Below are positions 40,371-50,112 of a DNA stretch of 64,000 nt, in pieces. Positions within the stretch are counted from its first letter, which is position 1; each line of letters begins with the position of its first letter. Both the position numbers and the translations under genes were made by a program. The notes under the pieces are model-generated. The model had not been told where the DNA came from, did not search any database, and worked only from the letters and a program-made list of their open reading frames with translations. Source of the stretch: Candidatus Bathyarchaeia archaeon (GTDB lineage Archaea; Thermoproteota; Bathyarchaeia; Bathyarchaeales; Bathycorpusculaceae); NCBI GenBank assembly GCA_049521795.1, contig JBEKOM010000003.1, positions 1 through 64,000 of the forward strand, read 5' to 3'.

Positions 40371-40734
40371 CTGAAACCACTCCCCGAAAGAGAAGCCTCA
40401 ATCAGACTCGACATAAACTCCGCTCTAAACTCCCCCTCTGACGAAAGCGGAACTGAAAGGTTGCAAATCAACTTGCGATCTCCCGACTCTCTCCCTACCA
40501 TTGTCCGCGGCCGCATGGCTATTAAACATTCCTCGATGCAACTTCTAGTACAAACTTCTAGAAGAAAGCTCCAGAAATTCAACGGTCGATCTTCTATAGA
40601 AGCGGTTCGGAAGAAGACTGTAGACTTTCTATAGGAACATTCCTTGTATGCTTATATGAAGCGGAAAAAAGGGATTACATAACGCTCCTAGAATCAATCA
40701 AGTGAGAAAGGGGAGAGGAGGAGGTGAGACACAG

Positions 40735-41229
40735 ATGAAGAAAAAGCTTCGCATGAACCGGAAGGGCATAAGCACCGTAATCGCCACGATCATCATCGTT
40801 GCCATAGCCATCGTCATGTCCATAGCCGTAGCCTACTGGGTAATGGGCATAGGCGGATCATTCACAAGATTCGAAAAACTGCAATTCACAAGTGCATGGG
40901 CCAACACGAACTCCAGCAGCGGCTGGGCAATTTACATGATGATAAACAACACCGGGTCTGCCCCAGCCACAATAATTGCTTCGAACATTCTGTACAACGG
41001 AAAACCAGCGAGTGCATATGCTACACCATATAGTGACCAGCCAAAAGTATACTTGAATGGCACTCTTAATGCGGATGTTTCATTGAATCCTGGTCAAGGA
41101 CTCGGCAACGCAATAGTCAGTCTTCCAAGTGGCACAGGTGGCTCAGACTGGTCATCTGGCATGACCGTTGAAATCACTATTCAGACAGCTGCTGGCAACC
41201 AGTATCCAAAGACTATACAATTGCCATAA
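40735..41229 (+). CDS. Archaeal type IV pilin (probable major pilin)
   Basis: SD GGAGGTGA, class III signal NRKG/ISTVIATIIIVAI, INNTG and QTAAGNQYP end. Confidence 0.88.
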   Translation: MKKKLRMNRKGISTVIATIIIVAIAIVMSIAVAYWVMGIGGSFTRFEKLQFTSAWANTNSSSGWAIYMMINNTGSAPATIIASNILYNGKPASAYATPYSDQPKVYLNGTLNADVSLNPGQGLGNAIVSLPSGTGGSDWSSGMTVEITIQTAAGNQYPKTIQLP

Positions 41230-41290
41230 CTTCCATAATCTAGCAATCTCTTTTTTTTCAGTATCGAGCGTAGCTGATATCGGAGAAACA

Positions 41291-42991
41291 ATGAAAATGG
41301 GAGAGAAGAAGAAAACAGAGACTCGCAACCTTGGGTTGACAGAGCGCATAATCAGGTTTGGCCGTAGACTCCGGCTCGCTAGGATTCACGTAGAACTGCG
41401 CAGACCTAGAAGAAGCCAACAGCCCAGAAAGTCTTTCGCGGACGTGCTCGCCAAGAAGCCGCAGCCTCAGCCTTCTACCGTCATCTTCAAGAAGCTTCCA
41501 CAGAACACTCAGATAACAGAAACTTACGCGACGCAATCTCCCTACTCAAGGGTCGCAATAGCATCACTTCCTGAACTAGGCGGTGGCAAAGCCTACTACA
41601 TTGAAGAGGTCGAACTCACACAAAACGAAAAAGAAACCCTGCAGAAACTCATGGACGTAACAAGCAAGGAATTGGAACCTCCCAAGACAGACATGAACCC
41701 AAAACTCCACGTTGCAAACGAGGCACGCAGACTGGCCAAGAAATACGCTCTGGCAAAGAAACTCAGTGAAGACTCATGGTCGAAAGTCCAGTACTACCTT
41801 CAAAGGAACCTCGTCGGCTTCGGAGACATCGACGTCATCATGAACGACCCCATGATCGAAGACCTGTCAGTGAACGGTGTCGGACTACCGGTTTACGTGT
41901 GGCACAGAAAATACGAAAGCATGCCCACAAACCTCACATTCACCGATGAAACTGCCCTCGACAACCTAATTGTGAAGCTTACCCACCTGGCCAGCAAACA
42001 CATCTCAACAGCCTTCCCCATCCTCGATGCCATGCTGCCCGGAAAAGACAGACTCGCAGCTACCTTCAGACGGGAAGTCTCGCCGAAAGGCGGCTCCTTC
42101 AGCATAAGAAGGTTCAGAGAAGAACCCTTCTCCATAATCGACCTAGTCGAACTGGGCACCCTGAACGAGGAGATCGCAGCCTACTTCTGGCTCCTCATAG
42201 AGAACAGAATGACAATCGCCGTCATAGGCGGCACGGGCGCCGGGAAAACGAGCACCTTGAACGCTCTGGCAAGCTTAGTCAAACCGTCGATGAAAATAGT
42301 GACGGTCGAAGAGATCCCCGAGCTCAACATACCTCACGAGAACTGGGTTCAACTGGTAAGCCGCGAAAGCTACGGGCTCGGCATCATGAAAACCGGCGAA
42401 GTCACCCTCTTCGATCTGGTGAAAACTTCTCTGCGGTACAGGCCGGACTACATTGTTTTGGGCGAAGTCCGCGGTGAAGAGGCGTTCGTGCTCTTCCAAG
42501 CTTTGGCCACCGGCCACGGAGGTCTAACGACGCTTCATGCTGATAGTTTGGACTACGCGGTTAAGAGGTTGACTAGCCCCCCGATGAACGTGGCTGAACC
42601 TTACATTCGGCTGATCAACGTGGCCGCTCTCGTAGAGCGAGTTCAACTGCCCAACGCGGCTACGGGCATAACGTTTGGAAGAAGGATCAAATCGATTGTT
42701 GAAGTCCTCGATTATGAGAAATACAAGACAGTCAGCTCATGGAATCCGGTGAAGGACAGCTTTAAGGTGGACTTCGCGGACAGCGAGCATCTCAGAAACG
42801 TCGCCTCAAGGCAAGGTTTACAACTAGAGGACGTTTTGGAAGAGTTGGCAGCGCGGGCCCTCTTTCTCCATGAACTCAAAGCTAAGGGCGTGAGAAAGAA
42901 CGTTGATCTTGCAAAACAAATCACAGGTTACTACGCAGAAGCAAAGCTGCCGCGTGCTGAGACGATCAAAAAGGGTGTGGCACAGAGATGA
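41291..42991 (+). CDS. Type IV pilus/type II secretion ATPase (VirB11/TadA/ArlI family)
   Basis: Walker A GGTGAGKT, Asp box TVEEIPE, Walker B RPDYIVLGEVRG, His box TGHGG..TLHA. Confidence 0.95.
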   Translation: MKMGEKKKTETRNLGLTERIIRFGRRLRLARIHVELRRPRRSQQPRKSFADVLAKKPQPQPSTVIFKKLPQNTQITETYATQSPYSRVAIASLPELGGGKAYYIEEVELTQNEKETLQKLMDVTSKELEPPKTDMNPKLHVANEARRLAKKYALAKKLSEDSWSKVQYYLQRNLVGFGDIDVIMNDPMIEDLSVNGVGLPVYVWHRKYESMPTNLTFTDETALDNLIVKLTHLASKHISTAFPILDAMLPGKDRLAATFRREVSPKGGSFSIRRFREEPFSIIDLVELGTLNEEIAAYFWLLIENRMTIAVIGGTGAGKTSTLNALASLVKPSMKIVTVEEIPELNIPHENWVQLVSRESYGLGIMKTGEVTLFDLVKTSLRYRPDYIVLGEVRGEEAFVLFQALATGHGGLTTLHADSLDYAVKRLTSPPMNVAEPYIRLINVAALVERVQLPNAATGITFGRRIKSIVEVLDYEKYKTVSSWNPVKDSFKVDFADSEHLRNVASRQGLQLEDVLEELAARALFLHELKAKGVRKNVDLAKQITGYYAEAKLPRAETIKKGVAQR

Positions 42992-44757
42992 AAACAGCGA
43001 AAACCAAGTTCTCCTTCGCAAGCTTCAGTTATCGGCATTTCGGCTGGATGGGCCAGATAATGGGAAGAGCATTCTACTCAAACGGTCACGTCAAACTTGA
43101 AGACTCCTTGAAAGACACCGGGCTTAGAATATACCCTGAAGCCTACTTCTCCATGATCGGTTTCCTCTTCCTGCTCTCCATAGCCTTGACGGCCGTTGCA
43201 GTGATCTTGACTGGTTTCATCTTTCTCGTTCCAGCTCCACTATTGATCATACTGTTCGGCTACGCCGTCCCGAAGATAATCGCCAAGGATCGAGCTCAAA
43301 AACTCGACCTGGAAGTTCCTTTCGCAGGAACGTACATTAGCGTGATGGCAACAGGCGGATTGTCGCCCTACGCTAGTCTGAGAAGGCTTAAGAACTGCGA
43401 CCTGCTCCCCCACATTTCCAAAGTCACCCAGGACATAGAAATCGACGTTCGCATAAAGGGAGTAGACCCGGTCTCTGCCATGGAAAAGTCTGCCAAGAAT
43501 CTTCCCTCCAAAGACTACAAGGAGCTGATGCTCGGATACGCGTCTTCGCTGAGAACAGGCGGAGACGTGATTCACTACCTTCTCGTCCGCACAGAAACGA
43601 TGTTTAATGATTTGGCCGTGAAAGTTAAGTCCTTCGGCGAAAGAGCCGGCATGCTCATGGAATCTTACATAACCGTTAGCATTCTTATGACGCTAGTCCT
43701 CACCATAATGTTTATGACAACTATGTCTCTTCAGCAGTTCTGGCAAGGCTCCGTGTCCGCAAGTTCATTCCTGATGTACGGCTACCTAATAGTGCCGGTG
43801 GTCTCCATGTTGTTCATCTACCTTTCAGACTCGCAGCAGATAAGCCAGCCCGTCAGCGACTGGGCACCCTACAAAGTCTTTCTCGCAACGCTGCCGATCA
43901 TGTTTTTCCTGATCTTAACAATGTTTCTTCCTTTTGCAATTCAGATAACGCTGCCCTTCGCTCCGCCGTTCGCGGGATTTGTGACGTGGCTCAGATCCGC
44001 CTTCGGTCTGCAACAGGGTTACGAAGCGGCCATCGGCATGGGAATCGCACTTCTTGCGGGGTCAATCCCGGCGGCTGTTGCTCACAGCTACTACGGGAGA
44101 AGGGGGAAAGGAGTGGAACACGACGTTACCAACTTCATGAGAGACCTGACCGAGACTCGCAAGACAGGAGCGTCGCCAGAAAGCTGCATAGAAAACCTAT
44201 CTGAAAGGAACTACGGCAAGTTCACACCGATTCTCAAGGAAGCTTCACGACAGATCCAATGGGGACTGCCATTCGGAGTGATTTACGAAACTTTTAAGAA
44301 GAAAATCAAATCGTGGCTTGCCCTCATCAACATTTACCTCCTAGTCGACGCCATCGACGTCGGCGGAGGAACCCCCGAAACCCTGGAAACGCTCACGCAC
44401 TTTAGCGAAGCGCTCACTTCCCTGGAAAAAGAGAAAAAAGAAGCCCTTCGACCCTTGCTTCTTATGCCCTACGTGGGCGCCGGCATCCTCCTCATTTCAA
44501 CCATCGTCTTCCTGGGCTTCAGCCAGAGCATTCTCGGTTCCTTCGGCCACCAAACTATTCCCTTCGCCCAAGTGGTGACACTGATATTGCCGCCGCTCAT
44601 GGTTCAAACCTTCTTCATCGGCCTAGTCAGCGGAAAAATAAGCTCAGGAGAAACATCCGCAGGCTTCAAACACGCCGTAATCCTCATGATAGTAGCGCTG
44701 GCACTCCTACCGCTAGTCGGCTACATCACATCACCCTTACAAGGAGGATTCGGATAG
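42988..44757 (+). CDS. Type IV pilus membrane platform protein (TadC/ArlJ, T2SSF family)
   Basis: Duplicated T2SSF-like domains and multiple TMs. Overlaps the ATPase stop (ATGA). Confidence 0.92.
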   Translation: MKTAKTKFSFASFSYRHFGWMGQIMGRAFYSNGHVKLEDSLKDTGLRIYPEAYFSMIGFLFLLSIALTAVAVILTGFIFLVPAPLLIILFGYAVPKIIAKDRAQKLDLEVPFAGTYISVMATGGLSPYASLRRLKNCDLLPHISKVTQDIEIDVRIKGVDPVSAMEKSAKNLPSKDYKELMLGYASSLRTGGDVIHYLLVRTETMFNDLAVKVKSFGERAGMLMESYITVSILMTLVLTIMFMTTMSLQQFWQGSVSASSFLMYGYLIVPVVSMLFIYLSDSQQISQPVSDWAPYKVFLATLPIMFFLILTMFLPFAIQITLPFAPPFAGFVTWLRSAFGLQQGYEAAIGMGIALLAGSIPAAVAHSYYGRRGKGVEHDVTNFMRDLTETRKTGASPESCIENLSERNYGKFTPILKEASRQIQWGLPFGVIYETFKKKIKSWLALINIYLLVDAIDVGGGTPETLETLTHFSEALTSLEKEKKEALRPLLLMPYVGAGILLISTIVFLGFSQSILGSFGHQTIPFAQVVTLILPPLMVQTFFIGLVSGKISSGETSAGFKHAVILMIVALALLPLVGYITSPLQGGFG

Positions 44758-45221
44758 ACGTCAGACAGATCAGAGACGTGCGCTGCTGAAGAAAGAGCAA
44801 GAGTATAGTATAGTAAGTTGGTGAGTCGGAGTCGTAAAGTAAGGGGGTTTGGGTTTGGGGGAAGCTTTATGACCGACCGACCACGTGAGACGCCTGCCCC
44901 TGACCTGACGCTGGAAAAGGAGGGGCGCGCGCTAGGGATGCACTGTACTCGGCTGTGACAACAGTAGGGCTAGTCTTCGGAAGCATAGTTGTCCTTAAAC
45001 AGCTGACAATGCTGTGATAAGAATGAGAGACAGGCTGGAAATAACGTACGAGATACTCGATATATGCATCGACGGAGCGCGCGCCTAAACCGCTCAAACA
45101 TTGCCACTCATGAACATGACCCAGAAAAGAAAGGTCATGCGCACGCAATAGAACATTTCTTCATAAATGATATAAACAGATCATAACATCAATACCCTAA
45201 CAAAAGAGAAGGGAGAAAAGA

Positions 45222-46583
45222 ATGAAGAATACTTTAGCGAAAGTTACCTCCACACTAATGATTGTAACAACACTTCTCGGCTTCGCAGCAGTCTTCACAG
45301 TAAACGTAGCAAAAGCACAGCCACCAGCACTCCTGTTTGTCGATCCCCAGAACAACATCTTTCAACCGCCAACCATGAACGTTGGCTCAACGTTCCTAGT
45401 GAACGTCTCAGTCGCAAACATGACGAACATCGCAGGAATGCAGTTCCAGCTCAGTTGGGACCATAATCTCCTCAAGTGCAACAGCATGGCCGACGTGTTC
45501 TTCAGCGACCCACTCATAACGCTGCCCGCTGACATTCCGAGCAACATTAACGTCATCAAGAAAACCTTCAACAACACTGCAGGAACCGCAACCTACGGCA
45601 TCACGTGGACGGACGGTGGTCTGGCAGCATCAGAAGGCTACGAGCCAGCAAACATAACGACTACCGGCAGCGCAGTCGGCATACCCAGCTACTCATGGCC
45701 ACAAGGAAAGCACGGAGTTGCCGCATTCAACTTCACCGTGCTTCAAGCACCAAACTCCACGGTGCCCAGCCTCAGCAGCGCCCTCCACATAAGCAACGAC
45801 ATACTAGGTGACCTCAACGGCCTCCCGATTAGCCACACAGACGTGGACGGGCTGTACAAGAACAGCATCACCATAACAGGACCGTACTTCTCAATGGCGA
45901 CTCAGGGATCAGGCGCATCAGGATCAAACTACACTGCACACAGCGTAGGCGAGATCTTCAACGTAACCGTGAGTGTGAACAACCTGGACGCTGCCCTGAA
46001 GGCAGTCGGGTTCCAGTTCATACTGGGCTACAACAGCAGCCTGCTGCAGGTGTTGAGCGTTTCCGAAGGCCCATGGCTGCCACCATTCGGAGTTTCGCCA
46101 GACCAGGGCACAACGTTCTACCAGCGCTTAGGCTTCAACGCCACAATCAACCAAGACTTCGTAGCGGTTGGAGACCTTGTTGAGCCAGATGTCAACGCCA
46201 CGTGGCACGAGCCGTTCCCAAGCGGTACAGGAGTGATAGCGATAATCACATTCAACGCGACCCTGCAAAGTCCGCGCGGAGGCTCCGACCTAACATGTCC
46301 TCTCACACCGTTCGACACGATCATCGCCGACACGAGCGCCGCCGTCCTACCACAGAGCCAAGCTCCAGTTTCAGGCACGTACATTGTGAAGTCCAAGTCC
46401 ATTCCTGGAGATTTGGACCATGATGGCAAAGTGGACATCCTAGACGCGATAATAGCGGCTAAGGCCTTCGGTTCTCACCCTGGAAGCGCAAACTGGAACC
46501 CAGACGCTGATTTGAACGGCGACGGAACGATCAACATCCTCGACATAATACTGCTTGCTAACAACTTCGGACGCACGTCATAA
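45222..46583 (+). CDS. Secreted protein with two cohesin-like domains and C-terminal dockerin
   Basis: Signal peptide, FLVNVSV..GMQFQLSWD and FNVTVSV..GFQFILGYN cohesin-like starts, GDLDHDGKVDILD...ADLNGDGTINILD duplicated EF-hand dockerin. T-rich terminator-like tract follows. Confidence 0.85.
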   Translation: MKNTLAKVTSTLMIVTTLLGFAAVFTVNVAKAQPPALLFVDPQNNIFQPPTMNVGSTFLVNVSVANMTNIAGMQFQLSWDHNLLKCNSMADVFFSDPLITLPADIPSNINVIKKTFNNTAGTATYGITWTDGGLAASEGYEPANITTTGSAVGIPSYSWPQGKHGVAAFNFTVLQAPNSTVPSLSSALHISNDILGDLNGLPISHTDVDGLYKNSITITGPYFSMATQGSGASGSNYTAHSVGEIFNVTVSVNNLDAALKAVGFQFILGYNSSLLQVLSVSEGPWLPPFGVSPDQGTTFYQRLGFNATINQDFVAVGDLVEPDVNATWHEPFPSGTGVIAIITFNATLQSPRGGSDLTCPLTPFDTIIADTSAAVLPQSQAPVSGTYIVKSKSIPGDLDHDGKVDILDAIIAAKAFGSHPGSANWNPDADLNGDGTINILDIILLANNFGRTS

Positions 46584-46851
46584 CTCTCTCCGCTTTTTTT
46601 TGCAAATCCAGCCCGCGCGCGCTCGTGAAGAACAGCCCTCACTACGTCACTACCGAGAAAGGAAGGGAACTCAGGAACCTACTGCTCAGGGTGAAGCACT
46701 ATGATGCGTAGGCTGTTCGATAGTGTTTTGGACTTCCTTGACAGCGTAACGAACCGATGGAGGCACAGAAACAAGTGCAGCTTGGCAAGCAAATGCATAG
46801 CCTACTACGACAACTCCTTTACCTGCCGAAGCGAGTATCAGGCGCGCGCTA

Positions 46852-47490
46852 CTGATGCAAAGAGTTCAGGGAGGAGGCAAGTTTTATGGAATTGATATTT
46901 CACAGAAGATGCTTGACTTGGCAAGAGCAAGAGGTGCAGGTCTCGGCTATGCTAATGTTGAGTTCAGTAAAGGAGATGCTGAACAACTGGATTTTCCAGA
47001 ATCCAATTTTGACCTGGCAATCAGCAATCAGGCATTTTTCTTTTTTCCAGACAAGCAAAAAGCCTTGAACGAAGTGTTCAGAGTCCTTAAACCCATGGGA
47101 CAAACAGCCTTACTTTTCTTTGCTGAACCAACCTTCAGAGAGGTTAAAGAGATATATGATAGGATCAAGAATCGTCACACCGCGTCTGTCTTGCCTGAAT
47201 CTCTGAAACTCATAGGCCTCGAAGAAACTCATGAGCTTTTTGACAAAGCGGGATTCAAGAAAACCAGAATCTTCGGCATTCACCAAATTGACTATGTTGA
47301 TCCTTCCAAGTATGCACCTATGATTGAATCACCTCAATCCTTGTTTAGGATCAACCTGCCACCAGACCTCTCGCTGGAATTGGCAGAGATGGTGATCAAG
47401 AAAACAAAGGAAGAGATGACGAAAGCAAAGACAGACAAGGGCTTCAAAGTGACAATCTACAGTATACTCGCATACGCCCAGAAAGGCTGA
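46852..47490 (+). pseudogene. 5'-truncated class I SAM methyltransferase (UbiE-like)
   Basis: Has GIDISQKML, GDAEQLDFP and RVLKPMG but lacks motif I (DxGxGxG). The frame begins immediately after GCGCGCGCTA at 46842-46851. Confidence 0.65.
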
Positions 47491-47723
47491 TTCGACACCC
47501 AAGATGTAATTTGGCCTTGTTCGTCGAATTTCTTTGGGTTTGAGATAAAACCTTACCCTTTCTCTCTCTCCTTCTTTACTTCTATTACCTACTACTATCT
47601 TCTGTCAGACAGACAGGCAAACAGACAGACAAACACACATAGAACTACAGTCTGTGATTTTGCGGAAAAGTTATAGCTGAACCGAGGTAGACTACATTGT
47701 TTGGCAATTGATAGGTGTTATGG

Positions 47724-48179
47724 ATGGTTGGCATTTCAGAGATATCTACGGTAGTGGCAGCGGCAGGCGTGTTGATAGGTGTGGTTCTTACTGTCGTGGA
47801 GCTGAGAAATCTGGTCAAACAGAGAAAGACCGACCTAGTGACGAACTTGTATTCAATTTACTCCTCGGAAGGGTTTCAAAAAGAGTGGCACACGTTCATG
47901 ACAGAAGAACTTGGCAGCCTTAAGACGTATCAAGACAAGTTTGGTGTGGAGTTTCCGCCGTCCGCAGTATTCTTCAACGAAATAGGGATTCTTCTGGAAA
48001 AAGGACTGATTGATGTCAACTTGGTCAACAGTCTTTTCGGCGGCGTCATTCCGAGATATTGGAAGAAGTTCAAGCCTTTCCTCGAAACTTGCAGAAGGGA
48101 AATCAATCAACCGAAATTGGGTCGAGGACTAGAATATCTGGGCAACGAAATCCAGAAACTTCAATCCAAGAAGGGTTAG
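47724..48179 (+). CDS. DUF4760-like membrane-anchored protein (paralog 1)
   Basis: N-terminal TM (VAAAGVLIGVVLTVVELR), RKTDLV, FFNEIGILL..GLID, EYL. SD AGGTG. Confidence 0.75.
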   Translation: MVGISEISTVVAAAGVLIGVVLTVVELRNLVKQRKTDLVTNLYSIYSSEGFQKEWHTFMTEELGSLKTYQDKFGVEFPPSAVFFNEIGILLEKGLIDVNLVNSLFGGVIPRYWKKFKPFLETCRREINQPKLGRGLEYLGNEIQKLQSKKG

Positions 48180-48180
48180 A

Positions 48181-48636
48181 ATGGTTGACGTAACAGAGAT
48201 TTCAGCTATTGTTGCGGCTGCAGGTGTGTTAGTAGGTGTTGTCTTGACGGTTCTTGAGATCAGAAATCTAGTCAGGCAGAGACAGACAGACCTTATAATG
48301 AAACTCTACTCGGATTTCGACAATATCGAATTCCAGAAGGTATGGAGGGAGGTTTTGAACAGAGAGGCCAAGGATAGTCTTGATTATGAGAAAAAATATG
48401 GCTTGGCTGAATTTACCGCGGTTGGCATGTTCTTTGAAGGAATCGGTATTCTTCTTAAAAGAAAACTCATAGACATAGACCTAGTCGACGACATGTTCAC
48501 GACTCCTATCAAATGGACATGGGAAAAGATGAAAGATATAGTATTGGAAGCCAGAAAGGTCAGAAATCAACCAGAGATATTGGAGTGGTTTGAATACCTT
48601 TATAACGAAATGAAGAAAAGAGAACAACGACAGTAG
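48181..48636 (+). CDS. DUF4760-like membrane-anchored protein (paralog 2)
   Basis: Same family motifs, ending WFEYLYNEMKKREQ. Confidence 0.8.
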   Translation: MVDVTEISAIVAAAGVLVGVVLTVLEIRNLVRQRQTDLIMKLYSDFDNIEFQKVWREVLNREAKDSLDYEKKYGLAEFTAVGMFFEGIGILLKRKLIDIDLVDDMFTTPIKWTWEKMKDIVLEARKVRNQPEILEWFEYLYNEMKKREQRQ

Positions 48637-48707
48637 AGTCTTGTTCTACGGTTGAGATGAAACGCTGTCGCACTTTTGAACAAGTTAAAATAACGTTGGC
48701 AATTTGA

Positions 48708-48938
48708 ATGGGTTACAAGTGGCGTGGAACAAGTGGTCAGTTGAGACTGGTTGAATTGGAATGCAGACGTCTAGGAATACCAACTGGCGCGCGGGAAACG
48801 AGAAGGGTTTATGCTCGTGGAAGAGAGGTAGCTGCAAGTGTAGCTGTAACGTGGAGACATCAAACTGTAACTGTGAAGGGTGACTTTCAAGACCGTTACA
48901 GAGACCTTAAGACGGGTCGTTTCATCAGGGAGCCTTAG
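48708..48938 (+). CDS. Small basic hypothetical protein (ends RYRDLKTGRFI)
   Basis: 76-aa ORF with ATG about 20 bp after a TTAAAA box. Confidence 0.45.
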   Translation: MGYKWRGTSGQLRLVELECRRLGIPTGARETRRVYARGREVAASVAVTWRHQTVTVKGDFQDRYRDLKTGRFIREP

Positions 48939-49029
48939 AAAAACAGAATTCCGATGAACCGCTGACGTGTGCGATACGTTTGCTAGGCAAGTGCTGAATT
49001 TAGCGTAGCAAACGGGCGCAGACAATTTA

Positions 49030-49554
49030 TTATGGTTTCTTCTGGCTCTTTTTCACAAGGTGTTGGGCTATTGCTGACATGCTTAGGAGCCTGTAGTTTG
49101 TTTCGTCGTGCAGGTCGACTAGAAAGCTCTCAATGCTATCAACGTTGATGAAGGGAAGTTGTCTTGTCAGTCTCAAGGCTTCTACATAGGCTGAATAGTC
49201 TTCATAAAACGTTATGAAGAGCCTATTCTTGTTGCGGTTAATGCCGCTCACGGCCATTAAGGATGCGTGGGGATGCTTTTTTTCGACTTCAGCGGCCAAC
49301 TTTCTAATTTCTTTGAATCCTTCTTTGTAGGGCTGGTCACGAACTGCAATAGATGTGATCCCCATAATCTCGTAACCCAGCTTGCTGAAATCAGGTATTA
49401 TCGTGTATTCTTTAATATAGCCTTCTTTCTCCAGTTTCTTTATCGTTCTACTTATCGTGGGTTGAGAAACACCCAAGGCCTTAGCCAGTTCTCTGTCGCT
49501 TCTCCTGCAATTCTTCATAAGTTCAGATATCAATCTCAATTCGACATCTTTCAT
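49030..49554 (-). CDS. Lrp/AsnC-family transcriptional regulator
   Basis: LMKNCRRSDRELAKALGVSQPTISR...YTIIPDFSKLGYEI. Confidence 0.9.
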   Translation of the reverse strand: MKDVELRLISELMKNCRRSDRELAKALGVSQPTISRTIKKLEKEGYIKEYTIIPDFSKLGYEIMGITSIAVRDQPYKEGFKEIRKLAAEVEKKHPHASLMAVSGINRNKNRLFITFYEDYSAYVEALRLTRQLPFINVDSIESFLVDLHDETNYRLLSMSAIAQHLVKKSQKKP

Positions 49555-49797
49555 GACTCTCCTTGTTGATTGTGAAAGGATTTGAATCCATCGGTTGACG
49601 CCCGAAACTTAAGCGCGAGCTTCGGTGTTTGTGTGTGCGTGTGTGTGTTTTTTACTTGTTTGTTTTTTTAGAGAGAGTGAGTGAGAGAGTTAGAGAGAGG
49701 TAGTAGGAGAGAGAGAAAAAGATAAAACCTTACCCCAACCAACCCGATCTAAAAAGACGAGGAAAAAAGAATGGAACTGACAGAAGATGAGGTGATT

Positions 49798-50112
49798 CTA
49801 TTTGGCTTTTTTCAGCATTTTCAGAATTTCTTCGTTCTTGCTCACAATCTTTCTTTCCATTGTATTCCATGAGAGCCATGCCATAATGCACGGTTCCATT
49901 TGGAGTTTTTGCATGGCGTCAAGACTCCCTTCGAACACCATGTATATTATGTGTTCTGGGAAGTCAGTCCATGAGCCAAGTAGCTTTGTTCCATGTTTCT
50001 TCGTCAGGCTGTCCATTGTAGATAATAATTCCAAAGTGCTCTTTCGATGTTTCTCATGAAAAGCAGGGCAGTTGTCAGGAGTATGCCTACTTATCCACAT
50101 GAATACTGGCAT
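49798..50112 (-). CDS. Small ferredoxin-like-fold protein (GYD/DUF3303-like)
   Basis: MPVFMWISRHTPDNCP...LLGSW...EHIIYMVFEG. Start placed at ATG 50112. Confidence 0.65.
   Translation of the reverse strand: MPVFMWISRHTPDNCPAFHEKHRKSTLELLSTMDSLTKKHGTKLLGSWTDFPEHIIYMVFEGSLDAMQKLQMEPCIMAWLSWNTMERKIVSKNEEILKMLKKAK

Larger units (their letters stand above)
47543..49735. mobile_element. Putative non-autonomous mobile cassette 1 (direct-repeat cores plus inward inverted CT/CA-rich arms)
   Basis: Exact 16-bp direct repeat AGATAAAACCTTACCC at 47543-47558 and 49720-49735. Inner arms TTTCTCTCTCTCCT... and ...AGGAGAGAGAGAAA are inverted. Carries 4 small ORFs. Confidence 0.6.

Noticed and set aside
37871-44757. 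Archaellum (motility) operon
   Set aside because: No ArlH/ArlF/ArlG/ArlCDE or chemotaxis genes are present. The pilins lack recognisable archaellin features, so an adhesive type IV pilus is more likely.
44843-44861. G-quadruplex or telomere-like repeat GGGGGTTTGGGTTTGGGGG
   Set aside because: Only three G-tracts and two repeat units. Better explained as a relative of the cassette outer flank.
47535-47560. Replication origin (ORB) or the chromosomal dif site
   Set aside because: No ORB consensus (TCCA..GAAA + G-string) or cdc6 gene is nearby. Four copies with a 4-bp gap between TAA and TTA do not fit a single canonical 11-6-11 dif site.
49620-49720. Eukaryotic contamination or microsatellite artefact
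   Set aside because: The tracts recur four times with a shared core, ordered substructure and paired geometry between normal archaeal genes. Read-level confirmation is still advisable.
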